Origin: the human T2T-CHM13v2.0 reference genome, Homo sapiens
Reading direction: 5' to 3' (one strand)
Assembly (NCBI RefSeq): GCF_009914755.1
Contig: NC_060929.1
DNA: 64,000 nucleotides
Under the pieces are notes generated by a model, which worked only from the letters and a program-made list of their open reading frames with translations, ran no database searches and was not told the origin of the DNA. The translations under genes and the position numbers were made by a program. Positions 46,954 through 59,424 of the stretch are shown in pieces; within the stretch, counting starts at the first letter, position 1; each line of letters opens with the position of its first letter.

Positions 46954-49900
46954 CCACCCATTGTTGTTTGTTTGTTTTTTAATGAGCAAAAAATGTCAAC
47001 AGATACTTCACAAAGGAAGACATACACTAGAGCAAATTCTCAGCACCATTAGTCATCTGGTAAATGCAAATCAAAATCCCAGTATGATACTACTATATAC
47101 CCACTAAAAGGGCTAAAATTTAAAAGACTGAAATAACCAAGTGCTGAGGATGATGTGGAGCAATTGGAACTGTCATACACTGCTGATGGATATGTAAAAT
47201 GTGACAACCACTCTGGAAAACAGTTTGGCAGTTTCTTATAAACATCCATGTATCATACAACCCAACAAGTTCCATGTCTAGGTATTTACCAAGAAAAAAA
47301 AGATGTTCACAAAAATTCAAAATAAATGAATGTTCATTGAATAAAGGAATGTTCAACAAATGAAGGCTATTTATTAATAACAGCCCCAAACTGGAAACAA
47401 TCCAAGTATCTGTAAATAGGTGGAATGGTCAACAAACTAGTAAATCAATACCAAGGACTTCTATTCAGCAATAAAATGAGAACCCGTTAAATACAGAAAA
47501 ACATGGATAATCCTGAAAAACATGCCAAGAGAAAAAGCCAGATACAAAAGAGTATGTATTACATCATTCCACTTACATGAAATTCTAGACAAAATGATAC
47601 CAATTTATAGCAAGAAAAAGATGATAAGTGCTTTCCTAGTCCTGAGGGTGAAATTGTGATTGACTGCAAAAGGGAACTTTGGGGGAGATGAAAATATTCT
47701 ATATCTTAATTGTGGTATGAAAATATTCCACTCTTGACTGTGGTGGTGGTCACAGAGCACATATTTGTCAAAACAAAATACACTGTACATTTCAAATAAG
47801 TACATTTTACTGTATCTAAGTTATCCTCAATAAGGTTGATTTTCTAAGAGGGTGCTCTCTCAGGAAAATATAAACCAGGGAATACTGGTGATGCCCACAT
47901 ATACCCACCTCAAAAGATGTCAAAAATATATATATAAGAAAACTCATTTATGGTTTTTAAAAATGTCAAAAACAACAACATAAGCATCTTGGAAAGCCAA
48001 GACTAGAAGGAAATATTTTAATATCAGCGGCTTTACCAGAAAGCTTCACCAAACATCATAATTAATGCTAAAACATTAGAAGCATTCCCCCTTAAAGTCA
48101 GAAACAATGCCATGTTTGTTGTTAGCTATCAGTGCTATTAGTTTTTAATCTACCAGTGCTCAACATTTTATAAGATGTATAATTGCAAAAGCAATGAGAA
48201 AAACACGTAAGTTATAAAAACTGAAAAGGAAACCACAAAACTGTGAATATCTCCTGATAATCAACTCAATAAAATAATCTGATACATGATAGAAAACTCA
48301 AAAGTTTTGCTATAACCAGAGAAAACAGAGAGAGAGAAATGTTACTGAAAGTTTCCATCCACCACACGAATCAAACCATAAAATAGGAATACCAGGAAGG
48401 AATGTTATACGTATGAAGAAAAAAAAGAAAAACTATAAAAATTTCCCTAACAGTATAAAACAAGATGTGAATAAAATGGAGAGGCCACATTTCTGAGGAG
48501 AGAGACTCAATACTATAAAGATCAGTTGTCTCCAAATTAATCTAAAATTTCAATATAACCTTATTCAAAATAGCTAAGGATTTTTAGTTCAGTCTAAAGT
48601 TTACCTAGAAGAAGAAATGCATAAGAAACATTCAAGAATATTTTCAACAAGAGTAATAAAGAGGGAGAAAGGGTTACCAAAATTTAAAATATGCATAATC
48701 TTTTAACTGAGCAACTTCACTTCTAGGAACCCATGCTCCAGAAATAATCACACATAGAGGAAGTTTACTGAATTGTTAACAGTGGCTGACAATCAAGATG
48801 CAAGCAGGACTAGAAGTGGAAGCGGTAATTTTTACCTTACATTCTTCCATACTGTTTAATTTTTTAAAATCAAGGATGAATTAAAATTTGTAATTAAACA
48901 TCGATCAATAAATTAGAAAGTTATTTTCATTATAAATCATCATTTGTAATAGCAAAAAGAAACTGCAATTAAATGTCTTTCAAAAAGGGAATAGAATAAA
49001 TTATAGCCCATTCAAACTCACGAGATACCAGTTAGCCTTTTAAAAAGTATTAGGGAGACCTATATGTAAAAAGTAAAAATGTCCAACATATGTAATTAAG
49101 TCAATAAGCAAGCGGTATGCAAACATGTTTGGTATATGGTATAGCCTCCCTCAAAAAAAAAAACTTTACGTGTACTTGTATGTGTCTAGAAGTGCATTTG
49201 CAAGATTTTGAAAAATGAACACTAAACTGTCAACTTTACACTGGAGTGGGACTGGGGGATGAAAAGAAATATTTAAATTTTACCTAACAGTCCGTTATTT
49301 ATATTGTTGAAGTGTACATCAAACTTGCATGTCTGCAATGAATTTTTAAAATTAAGTGGTCATCTCATATAAAAATGACATGAACCCCAAAAGACAATTA
49401 CAACACTGAAAAATACAGTTTAAACGTTTATTACTGTTATCCTCAGGTTTATTCACATACACTTCAAATGATCCGTAGCCTTCAGCAAAGGTGACTGCCA
49501 TTTTAAAGAAATGTGACCAAATATTTCATGATAAAACAGAATACATTAAGCCTGCAATGAAAATTTTAAACTTCACAGAACCAGCAGACTCAAAAGAAGC
49601 GCCTATGCGGATGTAAATTTTTTTTTTTTTAATGTCCGGAGAAGGAACTCTCAGATTACTCTCCTCCCTGCAAAACGACTATTTACCACCTCCCCTTTGC
49701 TTCAACTTGGTCTGAGCGTCTTTAACCTCACCATTTTGAATGTGCGCAAAATGATTACCAGTCATCTGAGGGAGGCCAAATTAAAGGTGCATCTGCAAGA
49801 GGAGCTCTGGCCTGACATCGCTAACTGAGAGCAGCCCTGGCGGAAAGGTGCTGATCCCGGGAGTAGAGCGACTGCTGCGGCTCGAGCGGGGTGTCTGCGT

Positions 49901-50456
49901 GCCGAGCCTCACTGACAATCGGGGAAAATGCAGACGCCCAGCAAAACGACGGCAACAGAAGGCTCCTCGGGGGAGGGGTGCTGCAGGCCTGTGGCGTAAG
50001 ATGGTTCCGCTCTACGCGGGGTGACGGGAAACCGCAGAAGGTGGGTGTGAGGTGTTGGTTGGGGGGCAAACTCTTGTACAGTGGCGAGTGTAGGGGAAAG
50101 CCAGCGGGCTCCTTGGCCAAGTCACCAAGGACAGCAGAAGAGGCAGCAGTAAAGAGCGGCAGCGAAGACCCCGATACCAACCAATGTCATCTGTCGGGGG
50201 GCGGCGGGCGCGACCGTCCCGGATAGGAGCGCGGCCCGGGTCCGGGCTGGACAGGGCCCAGGAGGCGAAGAAGGCCTCCCACAGCCATCAACCCCACCCA
50301 CCATGGCCGGCGCAGCAGGCCAGGGACAAGCCCCGCTCCTTCCGAAGCTAGAGACAGAGAAACTGAGGAGCTGAACGCAGCAATTTCCTCGCCCCGACCC
50401 CCACACTCCCGACAGCGGAACAAGCCAGACTGAAAAAAAAAAAAAAAAACCCTCAC

Positions 50457-50600
50457 CGAAATGTGCAGCGGCTCCGGAGCGAGAACAGCGCTCGAACCTC
50501 CACCCGCCACCACCGCCTTCTTCTCCGCCTCCAACTCCTCCCCCGCCGAACGCGAAGCGGCTGGCGGCTGTGGCGGCGGCGGCGGCGGTGGCGGCGGCGG
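50457..50600 (-). other. PJA2: PJA2 non-coding exon 1 (5' UTR); 5' end approximate
   Basis: Lies in the CpG island; ends at a strong donor TTCG|GTGAGG (GT at 50456-50455). TSS not determinable from sequence, estimated 50590-50630. Confidence 0.75.
50572..50600 (+). repeat. (GGC)5 GGT (GGC)3 trinucleotide repeat (CCG on the PJA2 sense strand)
   Basis: Read directly; more GGC/GGT units follow to 50620. Confidence 0.95.
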
Positions 50601-52539
50601 AAGCAGAGGCGGTGGCGGTGAGTCCCGCCCCTTGCGCCGCGGTGGAGGCGAAGGAGGAGAGTACGCAAGCCCCTCCCCCATAGCAGAGATGACCAGTCAG
50701 CTTACAGGGTCTCTGCTGGGGGACAATGCATACGCCCAATCAGAACCTGAGGAGTGGGCTCACGTCAATGGTTGGGACGTGGCAGAAAAAGGGAAAAATA
50801 CTTGGACCTTCTCTACAGCCTGCTCCCCCATCTCCCTCAGGGGGAGTTCACCAATTGGCTGAAGAGCGGAAAGACGAAGCCGACTCAGTCCCCCGCCCCA
50901 GCCGAGCCCACCTCCTTTCCCTGCAGTACTGCGACGTTTGGGGAGGGGGCGGAGCACCGTGTAGGAGCTAAAACTGCGCGGCCTTTTGTGGTTTGGGCTG
51001 AGAGAAAAGGGCGGGGTCTCGGAAAGAGAAGGGGGTGTGGAGAACTAACAGAAAGACTGGCGCAGTTAGGCTTTTTCGGAAATTCCAACAGCAACAACCA
51101 AAATGGAGGCATTAAAATCGATCCTGATTCGACTGGAAACCTGATTAACAAGGTTAAGGTCTCCTGGCATAAAGTTCAGTTACAATGCAGATATCGGTGA
51201 GACAAAAAAAAAAAATGACACGAAGAAAGGCTTGTTTACCCACCCTGACCCTGGGCACTATATGGCGCTTTCCACCCTCCCTCTCCGCGCTGACCCTTGC
51301 CCCTCGCTTCTTATTCTGCTGGGGCGGGGTTCAGAGGAGGCCTGCCTTTCCTCTGTATAGCCTTGGGCTGACCACAGCCTCCCAGCTTGCATCTTGAGGC
51401 TGTTTGTCAAGCCGGGAAGTAACAGCTCCCATCACATGCAACCAAAATAAATACAACAGCTGCAGTCCCCGGACACCTTGCTTAATTTAAACCTGGGTAA
51501 CAGTTTAGTTAATTATGTCAGTGATACAAAACTGTTTCTTCGTTCCGCACATATTCTCTTTATTCATCTTGAAACGTGTCCGCTTATCTGATTACAGTCC
51601 CTCTGTCTTCTCTTATTCCCCACCCCCGACCCGTCGCCTGATGCCCAGGATATATTCATCGCCACCCCTCCCCCGCGAATTAAGAGCCCCACTTCTTGTG
51701 CTGTCCCCTTAACAACAGCGAACTCTCTTGCCAGTGAACTGAGACTAATTTTTTTTTGCTGTTGATGGAAATAAATTACCCAAAATTTACTGTAGAAATT
51801 TAGGTTTATGAGAATTTGCCAGACATTTTGTGAAATCCAATCTGAATCCCAGCCCACTCCTGTAGTACGTTTCTTACCAAAAAACCATTCCTTGCTTGAT
51901 ATTACTCTGCCTTCACACGTGTTGCTATAGGAGTTCTGACTTTAACCATCCAAGTACCTCTTTGAAAAAAAACAAAATTCATATTTTAATTACATTTCCC
52001 TAGTTTCCCTTTAGGGTGTTCCAGATTGGCCCAACTGGATACATTAACCTGTTCTAGAAGGCAGGGATTCCCAAATTTCAACCTTTTTCATACTGTATCT
52101 GTGTATACTACTCACTGCCCTTTTTTCTTTAAATAAATGTATATTTTCTTTAATTTCTTTAAGAAGGAGACTTTATAAAAGTACTATAAATGGAAAACTA
52201 GCATCACCTATTATAAGTTGAAAGTAACTGTAAGAAAAATGAATGCAAAACAATGTTTTTAAATTGTGGCTAGAAACTGTTGTCCACTAAAGGCTCTAAG
52301 TCTAAAGACAACTGTCTTTGTTAAAAGGGCAAGCTACCAAGCATTAGACACACATTAAAGATACAGCACTCAAATGGTATTTTTATCATGATGTCATCAA
52401 AGGATAGAAAAAATAGAGCCGGAATAGCAATCACTTTCTCACTATATGAGTCATTGTTTTTAATCCTGCATGCGTGTCCCAACTACAGTTAACCAAGGCA
52501 TCATAAGTGATCTATGTTACTATGAGAAACACTGGTATG

Positions 52540-52770
52540 GAGGCTGAAAAAGCCTGTACTCTAGAATCAAGCAGACATACTCACATACTGGCTCCTGCAT
52601 TTGTAGCCGTGTGCCTCTGGGCAATCTACTTTGTTCTCTGACCTCGATTTCCAGTTTATTATAAATATGGGAAAGTAATAATACCAATTCATGAGTTGTA
52701 TAGATTAAATAACCTAATCAATGTAAAGCATATCATACCTACAATGAAGTACTAAATACATATTAGCTTA
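52540..52770 (+). mobile_element. MIR
   Basis: Degenerate core 'tgtgcctctgggcaatctact..tctctgacctcgatttcc' and 3' 'aatgtaaagca'. Confidence 0.6.
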
Positions 52771-52890
52771 TGTATTGTATTACTATATAGAGATAATAGT
52801 ATGTATTATTCGCTTATATGTATTATTGTTGATTCCAGGGTTGGGAAGCACTATCTAAGGCAATGGATTGAAGGTACTACATGATATACT

Positions 52891-53400
<510 letters not shown>

Positions 53401-53993
53401 ATTTAAATAGAAGAAGGCTTGGTCAAGGAGTGAGAGGATCTATGTTCTAATCATAGCCTTAAAGTGATGTCAGCCAAAATGAAGGTGTAAGGACCTCTGA
53501 AAATTCTCTTCAGCAATGAGAACACTGGCAAAATTGTCAGAACTAACTTTTTTAGAACTCTGAAAATTTACCAAAGGTTTGCAGCAATCCAGGGAGTATT
53601 TATTCAAATAGCTGAATCTCTAAGAACAGCCAGTTTTGTGTCATTTTGACTTGCCCTACTCTAACAGCCACATGTCCAGCTCCACTGTAGCTTTGAAAAC
53701 CAACAGCCCACAATTGTGAAAACGAGCAGGCTGGTAGCCAGTAGGGGAAGTAGAATGGTGTTGGAGCTCCTTTAAAGAGCTTAATTTCCAGAGAACTGTC
53801 ATTATTTGACCTATCTGGTGGTTCTGCAGATTTTACAAGGCTGCCTTTGTTTGATTTCACTCCAGGCTCACCCAGTGCAAAGACTTTTCCCCAGGGGTCA
53901 TTTGTCAAAAACAAAAACATTGATTAACTTTGCCACTGTCTTAGGCAGTGGAAACAGGTGGGGCCAAATACAGCTTAACCAAACACTCGAAAC

Positions 53994-54541
53994 TGATGCA
54001 GGGCAAGAGGGCCCCAAAACTGGGGCTTAGCCCAGGAAGGTTCTTGGTTTCACCCAGGGAAAAATTCGATGGCAAGCTGCTGGTGTTAGACAGCAATTTT
54101 TATTGAAGTGGCAGTGTACAGCAGCAGCAGAGATACTGCTCCTTGCAAAGCAGTGGTAACCCATGGGCAGTGTGCCCAGAGTAGCAGCATGTGGGCTGTT
54201 GGAAGCTGTATTTATACCCACTTTTAATTATATGCTAATTAAGAGGTGTATTATTAGAACTTTCTAGAGGTGAGGAGTTTTTAGATCCATATAAGGTAAC
54301 TTTCAGGCTGTTGCCATGGCTTGTTGCCATGGCATTTGTAAACTGTCATGGTCCCAGCAGGAGTGTCTTTATACTAATGAACAGTGTGGGCAGCTAGAGG
54401 TCACTTTTGTTGCCCTTTGCTGGTTTCAGCTGGTTTCTTTACTGCACTCTGTTTTCTACCAGATCCTGCTCTGGTAAGAGCAGTAGTGACAGGGGTATTG
54501 ACCAGCGCTCAAAAAACAAATCCTGCTGATCTCCTACCTCA
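53994..54541 (-). mobile_element. ERV1-class solo LTR (MER66-like)
   Basis: ~550 bp bounded by TG...CA; minus strand begins TGAGGTAGGAGATCAGCAGG and has TATAAA- and AATAAA-like signals in order. Family name from memory. Confidence 0.6.
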
Positions 54542-54588
54542 AAAGGAAAAGCTGGAGAATGAGATGTCCACAGGAACTTTGAAAACTC

Positions 54589-56808
54589 TGATATGGTTTG
54601 GCTGTGTCCCCACCCAAATCTCATCTTGAATTCCCATGTGTTGTAGGAGGGATCTGGTGGAAGGTGGTTGAATCATGGGGGCAGATCTTTCCTGTGTTGT
54701 TCTCATGATAGTGAATAAGTCTCACAAGGTCTGATGGTTTTAAAAAGGGGAGTTCCCCTGTACAAACTCTCTTCTCTTGTCTGCCACCACATGAGACGTT
54801 ACTTTTACCTTCTGCCATGATTGTGAGGCCTCCCAGGCCACATGAAACTGTAAGTCCAATAAACCTCTTTCTTTTGTAAGTTGTCCAATCTCAGGTATAT
54901 TTTTATGGCAGTGTGAAAAGGGACTAATACAGTGAATTGGTACCAGTAGAGTGGGGCATTGCTGAAAAGATACCCAAAAATGTGGAAGTGACTTTGGAAC
55001 TGTGTAACAGACCGAGGTTGGAACAGTTTGGAGGGCTCAGAAGAAGACAGAAAAATGTGGGAAAGTGTGGAACTTCCTAGAGACTTGTTGAATGGCTTTG
55101 CCCAAAATGCTGATAATGGTATGGACAATGAAATCCAGACTGAGGTGGTCTCAGATGGAGAAGGGTGACTCTTGTTATGTTTTGGCAAAGAGACTGGCAG
55201 CATTTTGCTCCTGCCCTAGAGATTTGTGGAACTTTGAAGCTGAAAGAGATGATTTAGGGTATCCGGCGGAAGAAATTTCTAAGCAGCAAAGCATTCAAGA
55301 GGTGACTTGGGTGCTGTTAAAGGCATTCAGTTTTATAAGGGAAGCAGAGCATAAAAGTTTGGAAAATTTGCAGCCTGACAATGCAATCGAAAAGAAAATC
55401 TCATTTCCTGAAGAGAAATTCTGACCAGCTTCAGAAATATGCATAAGTAATGAGGAGCTGAATGTTAATCTGGAAGATGTCTCCAGGGCATGTCAGATGT
55501 CTTCACGGCAGCCCCTTCCATTCATAGGTCTGGAGGCCCAGGAGGAAAAAATAGTTTCCTGGGCCAGGCCCAGGGTGCCTATGCTGTGTGCAGTCCACTG
55601 ACTTGGTACCCTGTGTCTCAGCCACTCCAGCTGTGACTGAAAGGGGCCAACATAGAGCTCAGGCCATGGCTTCAGAGGGTGCAAGCCCCAAGCCTTGGCA
55701 GCTTCCATGTGGTGTTGTACCTGTGAGTGCACACAAGTCAAGAATTGAGGTTTGGGAACCTCTACCTAGATTTCAGAGGATGTGTGGAAACACCTGGATG
55801 CCCAGGCAGAAGTTTGCTGCAGGGACAACACCCTCACAGAAAACCTCTGCTAGGGCAGTGAGGAAGGGAAATGTGGGGTTGTAGCCCCCACACAGAGTCC
55901 CTACTCGGGCACTGCCTAGTGGAGCTGTGAGAAAGGGCCACCATCCTCCAGACCCCTTGGAGGGTAGCTCTCCTGACAGCTTGCACCATGTGCCTGGAAA
56001 AACCACAGACACTCAACGCCAGTCCATGAAAGCAGCTGAGAGGGAGGCTGTATCCTGCAATGCCACAGGGGAGGGCTCCCCAAGACCATGGGAACCCATC
56101 TCTTGTATCAGCATGACCTGGATACAAGACATGGAGTCAAAGGAAATCATTTTGGAGCTTTAAGATTTGACTGCCCTGCTGGATTTTGGACTTGCCTGGG
56201 GCCTGTAGCCCCTTTGTTTTAGCCAATTTCTCCAATTTGGAATGGCTATATTTACCCAATGCCTGTACCTCCATTGTATCTAGCAAGTAACTAACTTGCT
56301 TTTGATTTTACATGCTCATAGGCAGAAGGGACTTGCCCTGTCTCAGATGAGACTTTGGACTGTGGACTTTTGAGTTAATGCTGAAATGAGTTAAGACTTT
56401 TGGGGACTGCTGGGAAGGCATGATTGGTTTTGAAACATGAGATTTGGGAGGGGCTGGGGACAGAATGATATAGTTTGGCTGTGTCCCCACCCAAAACTCA
56501 TCTTGGATTCCCATGTGTTGTAGAAGGGACCTGGTGGGAGATGGTTGAATCATGGGGGTGGGTCTTTCCTGTACTGTTCTCATGATAGTGAATAAGTATC
56601 ACAAGATCCAATGGTTCTAAAAAGGGGAGTTTCCTTGCACAAACTCTATTCTCTTGTCTGCCACCATGTGAGACATGCCTTTCACCTTCTGCCATGACTG
56701 TGAAGCCTCCCCAGCCACGTGAAACTGTGAGTCCAATAAACCACTTCATTTGTAAATTGCCCAGTCTCAGGTATGTTTTTGTCAGCAGTGTGAAAATGGC
56801 CTAATACC
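54589..56808 (+). mobile_element. Complete THE1 (MaLR) provirus: LTR 54589-54931, internal 54932-56465, LTR 56466-56808
   Basis: Two ~343-bp similar LTRs; internal start 'gtgaattggtaccagtagagtgggg'; purine-rich tract before the 3' LTR; 5-bp TSD aactc (54584-54588, 56809-56813). Confidence 0.95.
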
Positions 56809-57329
56809 AACTCCAACACATTCCTGGGGATCTAGAAGCTCACACACATGTCCACAGCTGTGTGAAACTGTTCATACACTCAGGAAAGACCTGTGAAGAC
56901 CCTAAGCATTCACCTTAGGCTGATCTTCAGGCTCTACATAAGTAGGAAGTGAAGGCTAAGGGAGAGTTATTAACTGCCTGCCTTAGTGTTGAAGCCATGC
57001 TCCAGTACACACAGACCCTCACTAAACCCTGGGAGATATGTTGTTTCCAGGTCTTCAGAAAATATGTCTACTCATTAGCAGAACACTAAGCTAAGCAAGC
57101 AGAAACATTAAACTAACGAAGCAGTGCGAGTAGCCACACAGGACAAAGAATATAGACTTTATAGAAGTAGTTCAGAAAAGTGACTACACAAGCAACAATA
57201 AATGGTAGCAACAACAAAAAAAGCCCAGGAGGGAGAAAGACTCCATTTTCCAGAGCTGCCATGTCATATTTTTTAAATGTCTGGTTTTCAACAGAACCAG
57301 AAGTTGGACCTTCAAAAATATATTTTTTT

Positions 57330-57560
57330 AAATGATGAGGCTTTCACTAGACTGAACAAGAAAAAAAGAAAAAAGACTCAAATTCCTAAAATCAGGAATG
57401 TTAGAGGAGACATTACTACTGACCTTACAGAAATAAAAGATTAACATAAGGAAATACTGAGAACATTTGTAAGCTGACAGGCTAGAAAATCTTGATAAAA
57501 TGACAAATCTCTGGAAAGACACAAACTACCAAAACTGACTCAAGAAGAAATAGGAAATCT
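57330..57560 (+). mobile_element. L1 ORF2 fragment
   Basis: 'ctaaaatcaggaatg...gacattactactgac...aaactaccaaaactgactcaagaagaaatag'. Confidence 0.75.
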
Positions 57561-59424
57561 AATCTTAGCCTTTTCATGTATGTCCTTGGGTTGATTATCT
57601 ACTTTTCCTGAGCCTTAGTTTCCTGAGCTAGAAAATAGAGATAATAACATAATACGAGTGTCATAGCATTTAAATGAGGTGGTGACTACAGAGAGGTTTT
57701 ATTAGTTATATATTAGTCACTGTAATAAATCAACTTCTCAAGTCTTAGTAGCACAACATAATATTGCTTATTATTAAAAAGCCATTTAGCAGAATGAGCA
57801 GGATGCTCTGCTTCACATTTAGGAAACTGAGGTCTACCATCTTTAATACGTGTATCTTTCATGATCAGTCTGAGTATCAATATCCAGCCAACAGAATGGA
57901 GAAAGCATGGAGAAAGTGAGTTTGAAATATTTCTGAGATTTGTATTGATCTAGCAGGCAAGTCATTGTCATTAGCGATCATGATCTGCCAGCAGATCACC
58001 TTGAATCTGTGGAGGATTGCTGTTAGGCTATGTTAGGGTTGGTCTATTTCAGGTTTGCCTTTATTGCTAGGATATATCCCTTATTCCCAGGCCATGGTCC
58101 TGACTCACAGAGTTACCCTTCTGGGGTCTCAACTGAAAGCCTGGGATATTGACCAAGGTCTCTCTCTCTCGGCAGGACTTAAATTCCTATCTTTGTCTGC
58201 TGGGCCATATGACTGCTGAAACCTTCTCAGCTCTTTATTATAGTCTCAGTTGGTATTTTCTGCTGGTTTTCTTGTAGTCTTGCTGTTTGCATAAATCATT
58301 TAGGAGTCAGCTAATAACTTGAGGGAAACTTGTATAAAGAGTTTTTAGTTTCTTTCTTTGCAGTTCTCTCCTCTTGTGGGTATTTCCTCTTGAGTTCAGC
58401 CATTTTGGCAACCTTGAACTCTTACCTCTGTCTGTTCTGTGTACTAAGGGTCCTTGGTGTATCCACTTTCTGTTTGAACTCTTCCTTGGTATCACAATTT
58501 GGTAAATTTGGTAAAAACCAAATTGCTCTTAGGGAAACGTCAGTATGAATGTGAAGCTCACGTCATGAGTTACCCTTTTCTCAAGGATCATAGGCTCTCA
58601 AGTGTTTCCAACATTGCTAATTTTTTATGCCTTCAAACATTTGTTGTATATGTTTTCCTAGTGTTTATTGTTGCTGTCAGTGGGTAGGTTAGTCTGATAG
58701 GAGTTAATTAGTAGCAGAATTCAACCAGAAGCACACCAGACAGTTGTTTTAAAGTTTTAATAGGAAAATGCATTTTTAAAGTCTAGACTCATGGTTCTTT
58801 AGCAGTATAATTCCTTCCAATTCTTAATAAATTTCTGATACTTTTCCTTTTAGGTAGTTCTATGAATCATTAGCCATATTCAAACTTCTTTCTAGATTTA
58901 ATTCTCAAGTCTGGTTTAATTCTTTGCTTCCTCATTTCCGTGTCTCTCTCTTTCCATTTAATGGTGATTATACCTTGATTCCATCAGGCTTGGGTGAGAA
59001 AGCCATGCTCTTAAACTGAATTTTTTCATAAAGATTGGTCTTAATTGGTCTTTGTTGATCAAAACCTTTCTTGTTTTTTTTTTAGCTCACAGTTTAGGGT
59101 CTAGTAGTGGAAGTTCACTTTTCCAGTCATTTGCAGCCCCAAACTTCTGGAATTTCTGTTTCATTTCTATTTGTAAATAGCCATTTCTCACCTGAGCTTA
59201 TCTCCTTCATCTTATACTTTGCTAAGCAGTCAGTAACAATAATACACACCTCTAATATTCTATAGTCTTCAAACCTTTTTCCCTGGAGTTACAGACTTTG
59301 CAGGCACAAGTACCACAGTGATAGACAATCAGAGCTGGCTTCTTCAACCTTCATTACAACTTTTTAACATGCCTTTAAATATGGGAGACAGCGCTTGTTA
59401 GGACTCCATTTCTTGGATTCCTTA

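Larger units (their letters stand above)
49800..51350. promoter_or_regulatory. PJA2: CpG island / PJA2 promoter
   Basis: Abrupt rise in GC and CpG density relative to the AT-rich flanks; GC boxes (CCCGCCCC 50624, ~50892; GGGGCGG ~50947, ~51009), CCAAT boxes (50736; CCAATTGG 50851-50858), CGGAAG ETS core ~50598; no obvious TATA box. Confidence 0.9.
53470..57300 (+). mobile_element. Old L1M 5'-end region (L1MCa-like), host to two nested LTR elements
   Basis: Recalled L1M 5' text before 53994, between 54542 and 54588, and after 56813 (ggaaagacctg...aggaagtgaaggctaagg). Confidence 0.5.

Noticed and set aside
49821-51397. Overlapping long ORFs (up to 205 aa) in the CpG island
   Set aside because: Expected from stop-codon scarcity in GC-rich DNA; low complexity, mostly non-ATG starts, no recognisable domain. 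Only the polyGly frame is kept as a lead.
54805-56749. ORFs within the THE1 element
   Set aside because: Broken remnants of the MaLR internal region and LTRs, with stops and deletions; no intact protein.
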